The notes below the pieces were generated by a model. It made no database searches. It saw only the letters and a list, made by a program, of their open reading frames with translations, and had not been told where the DNA came from. Made by a program: the position numbers and the translations under genes. From the NCBI GenBank assembly GCA_043766615.1, contig JAYUHW010000039.1, forward strand, positions 12,449-76,448: a stretch of 64,000 nucleotides of DNA, written 5' to 3'. This DNA comes from Fibrobacteria bacterium. GTDB lineage: Bacteria > Fibrobacterota > Fibrobacteria > UBA11236. Shown one piece after another: positions 56,427 to 64,000 of the stretch. The first letter of the stretch is position 1; every line of letters begins with the position of its first letter.

Positions 56427-59400
56427 TTAATTCCCAGTGCTAAAGACTACACGGGCAGAGCGGGACATTTTACCGTTGGATAGGCGCACGATATGGACTC
56501 CGTGCAAATTACCCATGGCAATGGAATTTTGTCCTTGCTTCAGATTCACTTCACGAGTACCCATGAAATGGCCTGACACACTCCAGATGGCTATTTTGAC
56601 CGATCCAAAACCTGAAGATTGGATGACCAAGTTCTGGCCATGGCTCGCAAAGACATGAATACCATTAAAGTCGCGAAGCGGAATGGCAATAGCCACGGGC
56701 ATTGACTTGATTACCACGACCAGTTCCGATTTTGTCTCCTTGGGATCCCGGCTATTTTTGTCCTTCGCTCTTGCGACATAAGTATAAGTTCCCGCAGCTT
56801 TTCCAGTAAGTGGAACCGTCAGGGTTCCATTTGTGCTCGTCCCCAAAACCACTCCATTAAGTGTGATTTGAATGGTATCGATTCCGTCTTGATCCGAGGC
56901 TAAGGCAACTAGACTGAAGGAACTAGGCGCATAAAGCGTGTCTGCGCCACCGCGGATGAAGCTCATAGTGGGCGCGATATTGGGAGCAGCGGCATTTACA
57001 TTTACCACCAAGGAATCGATTTTTACTAAAGGATCATTGATGTGTTTATCCTTGGCCCTGACAATATAAGTATAAGTGCCAGCGTCTAAGTTAGCCACGG
57101 GGACGACCAAATTAATCGAAGTGCCGGTGGCTAGTACTTTACCGTTCAAGAGAACTTGCAAGGAATCAATTCCATCCACATCCTCAGCGTTTGCCAATAA
57201 CTGAAAGTTGGCAGGTCCGATTAAAGTTTCCGCACCAGTGCGTATGAGCGTGACCTTGGGAGCAATATTAGCGGCTGCAGCATTCACGGTTACTATCAAG
57301 GTTTTGGTGGTCACCTTCGGATCCGTTGCATGCTTATCCTTTGCGCGGACAGTATAGGTATAAACGCCCGCAACCATCTTAGTAATTGGGACTACCAAGC
57401 TAACTGATGAGCCGCTGGCTACTACTTTGCCGTCCAAAAGAACTTGCAAGGTATCAATTCCATCCGCATCATCTGCACTGGCAACCAAGGTGAAATTGGC
57501 TGGACCGACTAGGCTATCGTTCGAGGCTAATTTCAAATCCACAGTAGGCCCTGAAGCGTTCACTAGGGCTGGAGGATCAAAGACTGTCACGGTGAGTACT
57601 TGCGTCACGGTTTTAGGGTCCGTGGCATGATTATCCGTGGCTTTAACCGTATAAGTATAGGTACCGGGCACTTTGCCGGAGATGGATACTGCAAGGCTAC
57701 CAGTATTGGATCCGCCCAAAACCGTCGTGCCTTCTAAGATCTGCAAGCTGGCAATGGCGCCATCCGGATCCGAAGCAGTGGCATTGAGGGTAAAGCCTGC
57801 TGGCGCTATGAGTGTTTCGCCAGTGCGGGTTAGGTTAACGATCGGAGCTTTATTCGGCGGAGGTACTTCAACAGAGACGATCAAGTCCTTCGAGGAGGTT
57901 TTAGGTTCGGTGGCATGGTTATCCGTCGCCTTAACCGTATAGGTATGATTACCTGCCGTTACGCCTGAAACAGGTACCGAAAGACTTCCGGTAACCGAGT
58001 TGCCCAGTACAGTTGATCCCTCAAGGATTTGTAAATTGGAAATGACTCCATCGGAATCTGAAGCTGTGGCATTGAGGGTAAAGCCTGCGGGAGCTACTAG
58101 AATAGTTTCACCGATTCGACTTAAGTTAACTACTGGAGCTTTATTAGGAGGGGGTGCTTGAACAACCACGATTAATTCTTTTGAGGAAGTTTTTTGATCC
58201 GCGTTGATATCCTTGGCTTGAACCTTATAGGTATAAATGCCTTGAGCTAGGTTTGTGACGTTAACGCCTAAGCTTCCAGTGGCATTTGAACCCAAAATCG
58301 TGCTGCCTTGAAGAATTTCCAAAGTAGCGATGCCATCCAAATCAGAGGCCGTTGCATTGAGTGTGAAGCTAGCTGGGGCAACGAGGTTATCACTTCCGGT
58401 GCGGGTTAAGTCTACCGTTGGGGCGGGATTGGCCACTACGACAACAAGATTTTGGGTTTGGGTTAAAGGATTAAGGGGATGCTTATCCTTGGCGCGCACC
58501 GTATAGGTAATTGACCCGGAGGCGGCATTGGTTACATCAAAGGAAACCGAACCCGTGGTGCTGGATGCCAGAACGGTTACTCCTTGGAGGATCTCTAAAT
58601 TTGCGATTCCTTCTGGATCCGTAGCGGTAGCGTTCAAGGTGAAGGACGCTGGTGCGCTAAGGTCGGCGCCAGTGCGAGTCAGAGTGACTACAGGTGCTCC
58701 TGCATTAGGTGGAACAGGATCGTCGCCAAGGGGGAAGTCCATAGTGCCGTCAAGGGTCCAACCCTTGTACCAGAGATCCCCATCCACGATTGCACCGGCC
58801 TTGGCTGCAATAATATCTGGATTCGAGGGTGAAAGGTCTTTGTAAAGGCCGAAGCTATGCGTAGTTGCATAGGGATAATTCTTGATCTTGGCATTCATTA
58901 CGTCCTTAACCAAATTGACTTGATTCAACGAGTCTGTACCTTTGGCGCTAAGCCCAGCGAATTCATATTGCTTTTTCCAATTGCCGGTTAAGAAAACGTC
59001 TTTTAATTCCAATGCGGGCGTAGGTGCGGTAATATTGGCCGCGGTTAAATCACCCTGGATCCGGAAACCCCAGCCGGAGGCGCTGTCTAATTTTGCGCCA
59101 CCGGCCACGATGACCATTTTCTCATAGGTTCCGGCGCATTGCTCTTTTAAGTCAACCGCACCATCATATCCACCATTGTCGATCAAGGTGAGATGCGACC
59201 AATGCAGGTTTGACAAAGGTCGGAGATCGGATTGGGAGCTACTGCATTCTATTACGAAATCACCTACGGGTTCAAAGGGCAAGGTGCTGCCGGGTTGTCT
59301 TGGTCTGGGAGCTTCCGTCCTTTGAATGCCAATCATATAATCGATAGTGCCGCTATATCCATGATCGATATCAAAGTTATCATCCGTTTGCTGGGTCACG

Positions 59401-60056
59401 ACAAGGTGGTCGGCATTGACCGATCCTCCGAACCATTCAAAGCCATCGTCGTCGCCGCGATGGACCTGTACGTGGTGCATGACGGTCTTGCTACCAACGG
59501 CGCAAAGGGTGACACCGTTCAATTCGCGGTCCACGGCAATGGGGAAGCCCGGGCCGTCGAGTCGCACATAGGTCAAAACACCCGATGAGTCGTCATTCTT
59601 GTTATTACCGAACCGGGCCCAGCCTAGCGCTTCATACTGAAGGTTTCCACCTTGGTTGCTGATACCCTTGCCCAGGAGCACGATACCACCCCAGGTTCCA
59701 CGTTCGGATCCGATTTCTCCGCGAAAGGTGATGGGCTGGTCTTTAGTGCCGGCGGCGATAAGCCAGGCTCCGCGATCGACAAGCAAAGTCGCACGGTTGG
59801 CTGTACTGGCCTGGATGGTGGTGCCTGCCTCAATGGTCAAAGTAACGCCGGCCTTGACTATGGTATAACCATTCATGATCCAAAGCGTATCTTTGGATAA
59901 GAAAGTGTTTACGGCAATGGAATCGGCGGGAATGGTTCCCTCATGTGCTTTGACGGGGATATCTTTCATTGGGAGCGCCCAAGAAAGTCCAGCGCCAAGG
60001 CTAGCTGCAAAAGCTAGCGGCTGCAGGAGGGATTTAAGGAAATTTGATTTTTTCAT
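56427..60056 (-). CDS. giant secreted protein: N-terminal parallel beta-helix (lyase/adhesin-like) domain + 7 tandem Ig-like repeats + T9SS-type C-terminal sorting domain
   Basis: Start at MKKSNFLKSLL signal peptide (ATG 60056). Repeats of about 93 aa (…LTRTGxxxLxAPAxFTLNATAxDxDGIxxLxILxG…TYTYTVxAKDxH…). C-terminal VKIAIWSVSGHFMGTREVNLKQGQNSIAMGNLHGVHIVRLSNGK resembles Por/T9SS CTD. Confidence 0.85.
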   Translation of the reverse strand: MKKSNFLKSLLQPLAFAASLGAGLSWALPMKDIPVKAHEGTIPADSIAVNTFLSKDTLWIMNGYTIVKAGVTLTIEAGTTIQASTANRATLLVDRGAWLIAAGTKDQPITFRGEIGSERGTWGGIVLLGKGISNQGGNLQYEALGWARFGNNKNDDSSGVLTYVRLDGPGFPIAVDRELNGVTLCAVGSKTVMHHVQVHRGDDDGFEWFGGSVNADHLVVTQQTDDNFDIDHGYSGTIDYMIGIQRTEAPRPRQPGSTLPFEPVGDFVIECSSSQSDLRPLSNLHWSHLTLIDNGGYDGAVDLKEQCAGTYEKMVIVAGGAKLDSASGWGFRIQGDLTAANITAPTPALELKDVFLTGNWKKQYEFAGLSAKGTDSLNQVNLVKDVMNAKIKNYPYATTHSFGLYKDLSPSNPDIIAAKAGAIVDGDLWYKGWTLDGTMDFPLGDDPVPPNAGAPVVTLTRTGADLSAPASFTLNATATDPEGIANLEILQGVTVLASSTTGSVSFDVTNAASGSITYTVRAKDKHPLNPLTQTQNLVVVVANPAPTVDLTRTGSDNLVAPASFTLNATASDLDGIATLEILQGSTILGSNATGSLGVNVTNLAQGIYTYKVQAKDINADQKTSSKELIVVVQAPPPNKAPVVNLSRIGETILVAPAGFTLNATASDSDGVISNLQILEGSTVLGNSVTGSLSVPVSGVTAGNHTYTVKATDNHATEPKTSSKDLIVSVEVPPPNKAPIVNLTRTGETLIAPAGFTLNATASDPDGAIASLQILEGTTVLGGSNTGSLAVSISGKVPGTYTYTVKATDNHATDPKTVTQVLTVTVFDPPALVNASGPTVDLKLASNDSLVGPANFTLVASADDADGIDTLQVLLDGKVVASGSSVSLVVPITKMVAGVYTYTVRAKDKHATDPKVTTKTLIVTVNAAAANIAPKVTLIRTGAETLIGPANFQLLANAEDVDGIDSLQVLLNGKVLATGTSINLVVPVANLDAGTYTYIVRAKDKHINDPLVKIDSLVVNVNAAAPNIAPTMSFIRGGADTLYAPSSFSLVALASDQDGIDTIQITLNGVVLGTSTNGTLTVPLTGKAAGTYTYVARAKDKNSRDPKETKSELVVVIKSMPVAIAIPLRDFNGIHVFASHGQNLVIQSSGFGSVKIAIWSVSGHFMGTREVNLKQGQNSIAMGNLHGVHIVRLSNGKMSRSARVVFSTGN
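56710..58660 (-). repeat. seven tandem about 280-bp coding repeats (Ig-like domain array) inside 56427..60056
   Basis: Repeat units visible in translation. Boundaries approximate. Confidence 0.7.
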
Positions 60057-60197
60057 TGTGAAGGTCTCCCATTGTTTAATTTTAATTGAATTCAGTTCGG
60101 TCACTTGGGGCACACCATTGGGGCCCGCAAAATAGGGACTGAGAGATAGGAAGCCCGTGTTACCGTCAAGCCTATTAATTGTTTCAACCGCGTTCCA

Positions 60198-63100
60198 TTA
60201 AAGTTGCCGCGAGAAATTTATTTCAATTGAGATTCCGTTTTGTTCCCGTTCTAGTGTCTGGTACCGACTTACATCGCCAAAGACCTTTTGATACTGTTCG
60301 GCTGTTACGGTATGATAGGTAAGCTTATCGTTATATTCCTTGACTCGAAATTCCTTAGACTGCAATAACCAATTCTTGACCCGCACACTCAGTTCGTTGC
60401 GCTTCCAAAAGGTGAAGCGGTGCAGGGATTCCAGGCTGGCGAATGGCTTTTCCGTGATATCCGGCACACCGCCGGTACCGGCTTTGCGGATACGCTCACC
60501 GGCTTTATTAAAGAGCACGGTATTCAGGAATACAAATGGGCCAACTTCCACCTCATGGGTCAGGGAGCCATTGATTAGATAGGGTGCTTGGCCGACCATG
60601 GCCCGGCGAAAATTTGTGTTTTGCAAAGAGTTGCTGGAGTCTTTTTGAATACGAACTTCCGATTCCATCAAAGCAAAATTTCCAGAAACTGAAAAACCCT
60701 TTAACCATGGGGTTGTAAGATTCAAACCTTCCAGTAGTCGACTTGGATTCAAGATGGCCTCGAATTCAACCCCTTTTACGTAAGCGCCATTGGCATTTTG
60801 GTAGGATTCAATTTTGTTTATATCTACAGTAGTTTCCACGGGTCTGGAAAAATCCTTGTAAAAAATAGAAGCGGAGAATGATTGTTCGTAGGGAAGATAA
60901 AGGTCGGCACGAGCATCATAGTGGAAAATTTTGGTCTTGGTCAAGTCGGGATTGCCGACTTTGGTATTCCCGCTGATATAATCCGTATAAGCGAAAAGCG
61001 TCATTTCCCGGATTTCTGGGTGGACGGCGGTTTGGGCGTATTGCCAACGTAACTTCAAGGGGCGAATCGGTTGTATCCATAATCCAATCGATGGGTAGGT
61101 ATTCCACTCCCGTGACTTTATATCAAAATCCTGTTGCCCTTCGCTGCCACCGGTATATGGCATATGCAAATTGAAATCGTACCATTCGCCTCTTAATCCT
61201 CCGTCCATGCCAATCGGCATTTTCCATAAACGTGCGGAAATGGCGTAGGCAAGGTAAGTGGCTGCCCGGATTTCGCTGGCAGCATAGGTGTCGCGATCCT
61301 TCGGCGAAGTCGCAAAATCTGAAACATTTTCCTGTATATCTAAGGCCAGCGCATCGGGAGCCCTAATTTCTTCCAGCGCCTGTCCTGTCAGGCTGCGGCG
61401 ATCGGCATCATATGAATATCGGGTGGCTTTAAAATCTCGGTTTCTCCCGTTAAATGCTAGTCCCGTACCAAAAGTCGGCAGGGAAAGGTGGGAAAAGATT
61501 TTATTTTCCAGCAGGAAGGTATCCCGAGGGGAATATTCCGGAGGAATGATTAGGTAGCTGTCTAGCCGCGCCGCAGCCGCCTTTTCGTTCAATGACTCAA
61601 AGATTCGCGTGCCCCATACATCGTCATTGTTAAAGGCTAAAGGCTGATCAACACTTACCGAACCCTGGCTATATAAGTATTGGCGGCTATCCGGGGTTTC
61701 ACCGGAGACGCTGGAAAGACCGGCGGCCCATGTGACAGAATCCACAACTCCACTCCCAACATAGGCCTCTCCACCCACCTGACTGCATACCAGACTTCTT
61801 CTATTGAACTGCAAAAGATAACGTTCTTGATAAGGACTTCTTTGGGGAATCAGGCCTCCACCTCGGGAGGCTTGATAGCTATTAGTCAAAAGGGCTTGAT
61901 CGGTACCAATATTGATGGCAAAGTTTTTCCACCACACCGACCAATCTGGGTTTTCATAACGCATATTCAGCATGCCGCTGAGCTGGGCTTCATAGGAGCC
62001 TCTATCGATCAAAGCAGTTGTACCCGGTTGCAAGATGCGCACCGAAGTAATGATAGGACCGGAATCGGTTTGCACCGTATCATAGAGCTGTACCCGATTG
62101 ACGACCATTCTTTTCAACACGGGGTGGAAAATCGTATCATTCTTAAACGCATAGGAGGCATTGACGTCCTGTTTTTCGACCAGGTTCTGGTCATACTTGT
62201 TTTTGAATCCGGCCGTAGCTAGGTAACCAAATTTTCCATCACCAGGCGCTGGATATACATTGCCGACAGAGATGGAGAAATTCGTGGGATTTTTTATGCG
62301 AGAAGTGTCGATGGAATAAACATTGGACAACTTATTGGCCAATTGAATACGTTCATCGGGAGTGAAGCCTGGCAACCCACTACTCCGGGCATCCTGAGCG
62401 GCAGCTTCACTGAAGCCTTTGGGAATGACTCCCGGGAAGCCATCAGGGAGTGAGCGGGTGCCATCATCAAAGCCCCAGAAAGTATTTCCTCCATCATAAG
62501 TCAGACGCCGGTTGCCTACCTGCCATCCAGCGGGAAGCGATTTTGGGGCCCGGCCGTTTTTCGGGGATTCCTCACGATAGGCGATCAGGTAATCGGCTGT
62601 GTCTACCCGGCCATGATAAATGTCCCCTGAGGAAAGGGATACTTTTAAGAATGCTTTTTCCGGAATTCCTTTTGTGATTAATGCAACGGATCCGCCTGCA
62701 AAATCCGGGGACAGTTCGGGTACAAATGTTTTATAGATGGCGAAACTTTCCAAAGTGCCGGCCGGAAAAAGATCCTGCGGCACCACCCGCTTATCTTTTT
62801 CGGGGGAAGGAACGGGTAAGCCATTCAAAGTCATATTTGTATAGCGCTCGCCCAAGCCTCTTACGTAAACATATTTTCCGCCTACTAGCGAGGTGCCGGT
62901 TACGCGCCGGGCGATAGCACCCGCGTCCGAATCCGTGGTCTTGGCGATTTGCTCGGCCGAAACGCCTTCCATCACCGCAGCGGATTTTTGGCGCTTGGCC
63001 AAAAGGTCTTGGGAGCTGCCGGCCTTCCTTTCCGATATTGCTTGAACCACTTGGCCTTTCAGTACCCGCCGGTCCATCTGAATTTCCAAAACGCGATCTT

Positions 63101-63581
63101 CACCTGCGACCAGCGATTCTAGCTCAATGGTCTTAGGCTCGTAACCTTTCCGGAATACGGAAAGGGTCCAGACGCCGGGGTCGATACCCATAATGCGATA
63201 TAGACCTCCTTCATCGGTATGCGCCGAAATCCGCAAAGAGTCCCGTTTAAGAACCACGGTAGCTTCGTCAATGGCTTTACCATCGTCGGAGCCAAGTACC
63301 ATGCCATGCAATACGGCGCGGCTTGCATTTACAATGTCCTTGGAGGCTATTCCCGGGCCAATAGATTTTTTCTCGTTACTGATGGACCTATTTGACGTAT
63401 CAGTTAAGCCTGTATCCTGTAGCCGAGAACCATGTGCCAGGGTATCTGCGATCAAAGAGTCTAGATTGAGAACCGGGACGAAGTTTCGATTGAAGAGGCT
63501 TTCCTGGGCTTCAGCTGGGAAGCTGAAGACTACTAGATATATAGAGTGAAGGTAAATAATGAGACTTAAGTTTCTTTTCAT
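60198..63581 (-). CDS. SusC/RagA-like TonB-dependent outer-membrane receptor with N-terminal carboxypeptidase-regulatory domain
   Basis: Start at MKRNLSLIIYLHSIYLVVFSFPAEA signal peptide. CarbopepD_reg-like segment (ATVVLKRDSL…TDEGGLYRI). Plug-domain motifs (YVYVRGLGERYTNMTLNGLPVPSPE). Long beta-barrel region. Confidence 0.8.
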   Translation of the reverse strand: MKRNLSLIIYLHSIYLVVFSFPAEAQESLFNRNFVPVLNLDSLIADTLAHGSRLQDTGLTDTSNRSISNEKKSIGPGIASKDIVNASRAVLHGMVLGSDDGKAIDEATVVLKRDSLRISAHTDEGGLYRIMGIDPGVWTLSVFRKGYEPKTIELESLVAGEDRVLEIQMDRRVLKGQVVQAISERKAGSSQDLLAKRQKSAAVMEGVSAEQIAKTTDSDAGAIARRVTGTSLVGGKYVYVRGLGERYTNMTLNGLPVPSPEKDKRVVPQDLFPAGTLESFAIYKTFVPELSPDFAGGSVALITKGIPEKAFLKVSLSSGDIYHGRVDTADYLIAYREESPKNGRAPKSLPAGWQVGNRRLTYDGGNTFWGFDDGTRSLPDGFPGVIPKGFSEAAAQDARSSGLPGFTPDERIQLANKLSNVYSIDTSRIKNPTNFSISVGNVYPAPGDGKFGYLATAGFKNKYDQNLVEKQDVNASYAFKNDTIFHPVLKRMVVNRVQLYDTVQTDSGPIITSVRILQPGTTALIDRGSYEAQLSGMLNMRYENPDWSVWWKNFAINIGTDQALLTNSYQASRGGGLIPQRSPYQERYLLQFNRRSLVCSQVGGEAYVGSGVVDSVTWAAGLSSVSGETPDSRQYLYSQGSVSVDQPLAFNNDDVWGTRIFESLNEKAAAARLDSYLIIPPEYSPRDTFLLENKIFSHLSLPTFGTGLAFNGRNRDFKATRYSYDADRRSLTGQALEEIRAPDALALDIQENVSDFATSPKDRDTYAASEIRAATYLAYAISARLWKMPIGMDGGLRGEWYDFNLHMPYTGGSEGQQDFDIKSREWNTYPSIGLWIQPIRPLKLRWQYAQTAVHPEIREMTLFAYTDYISGNTKVGNPDLTKTKIFHYDARADLYLPYEQSFSASIFYKDFSRPVETTVDINKIESYQNANGAYVKGVEFEAILNPSRLLEGLNLTTPWLKGFSVSGNFALMESEVRIQKDSSNSLQNTNFRRAMVGQAPYLINGSLTHEVEVGPFVFLNTVLFNKAGERIRKAGTGGVPDITEKPFASLESLHRFTFWKRNELSVRVKNWLLQSKEFRVKEYNDKLTYHTVTAEQYQKVFGDVSRYQTLEREQNGISIEINFSRQL

Positions 63582-63748
63582 GGCACGGAAAACGATAGGA
63601 GAAAGGATTTTCAATCCCGTTACTAATCGATTACACTGAATTTCATTATTTAGAATCAACTATCGTGCATAAAAAAAGGGACCGGAGGCCTAAACCCCCG
63701 ATCCCGAAAAATTTTCAATCAAGTGATTGCAATCAAATGATTGGCAAT

Positions 63749-64000
63749 TTAGGGTTGGGTAACCCACCATGTGGTTTCGTCGATGACCTGGTTGGTTCCA
63801 TTAATCACGAGTTTAACGCGCAAGCTATGCTTTCCGGGAGCGCCGAAGACGGCGCCAGTTTGACCGGCAGCTTTATAAACGCGATCGCCATTTCCGAGAA
63901 CGGTTGGGAATGGAAAAATGCCGGATTGGAAAACAGTGCTGACGTCTGCGCCATCCAGAAAGGCCTGGGAAGCAGCAACATTGATAGCTCCGTTTAATCC
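63749..64000 (-). CDS. partial CDS (C-terminal end; gene starts beyond window end), unknown function
   Basis: Manual minus-strand translation open from 64000 to TAA at 63751..63749: …GLNGAINVAASQAFLDGADVSTVFQSGIFPFPTVLGNGDRVYKAAGQTGAVFGAPGKHSLRVKLVINGTNQVIDETTWWVTQP*. Listed + ORF 63665..63997 is antisense to it. Confidence 0.45.
   Translation of the reverse strand, partial: GLNGAINVAASQAFLDGADVSTVFQSGIFPFPTVLGNGDRVYKAAGQTGAVFGAPGKHSLRVKLVINGTNQVIDETTWWVTQP

Noticed and set aside
63665-63997. 110-aa + strand ORF at window end
   Set aside because: Antisense to a minus-strand ORF that stays open to the window edge and has a clean stop at 63749. Judged spurious.
1-64000. CRISPR arrays, rRNA, tRNA
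   Set aside because: No regularly spaced direct repeats of 24-48 nt and no tRNA-like or rRNA-like segments noticed in intergenic regions. Absence judged by eye only.

Overview
This 64 kb window is a standard-code, roughly 50% GC bacterial chromosomal segment, read by eye, with an AT-rich patch at 29.8-31.8 kb. All stop codons behave canonically. Several secreted proteins end in T9SS-type C-terminal sorting domains, and there is a SusC-like TonB receptor with an N-terminal carboxypeptidase-regulatory domain. This suggests an FCB-superphylum-like organism, though that phylogenetic call is inference. From left to right the content is: a partial secreted protein; pyruvate kinase with a non-canonical domain layout; CorA; an orphan secretin; and DUF1059, PhoX/DUF839-like and BNR-repeat proteins. 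Next comes a tight five-gene minus-strand operon: fatty-acyl-AMP ligase, GNAT-like acyltransferase, ACP, and two Delta9-type membrane desaturases. A nonsense-disrupted, roughly 90% identical copy of the N-terminal beta-helix domain of a distant giant adhesin follows. Further genes encode a LamG protein, a di-heme cytochrome c peroxidase with a long N-terminal domain, a metallophosphoesterase and a BNR beta-propeller T9SS cargo. A large Wzx/Wzy-dependent exopolysaccharide locus then runs: a WecA-like initiating transferase with an unusual C-terminal extension, GT2, Wza, a Wzc-like protein with a lysine-less Walker A, Wzy, CE4 deacetylase, three GT-B transferases and Wzx. This locus is riddled with gene remnants (IS4 transposase, MBOAT, GNAT, GT, CE4, methyltransferase) and contains an inverted duplication in which each copy has lost a different gene. 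The window ends with a minus-strand string of two tandem CE4 paralogs carrying a TEDD motif variant, a CarbopepD-PhoX-like protein, a hypothetical protein, a 1209-aa beta-helix plus 7xIg plus T9SS-CTD protein, and the SusC-like TonB-dependent receptor. That string is a PUL-like candidate. No rRNA, tRNA or CRISPR array was recognised. The most novel candidates are the FAAL-ACP-GNAT-2xdesaturase lipid cassette, the PUL-like string with its deacetylase pair, and the silent adhesin-domain cassette.
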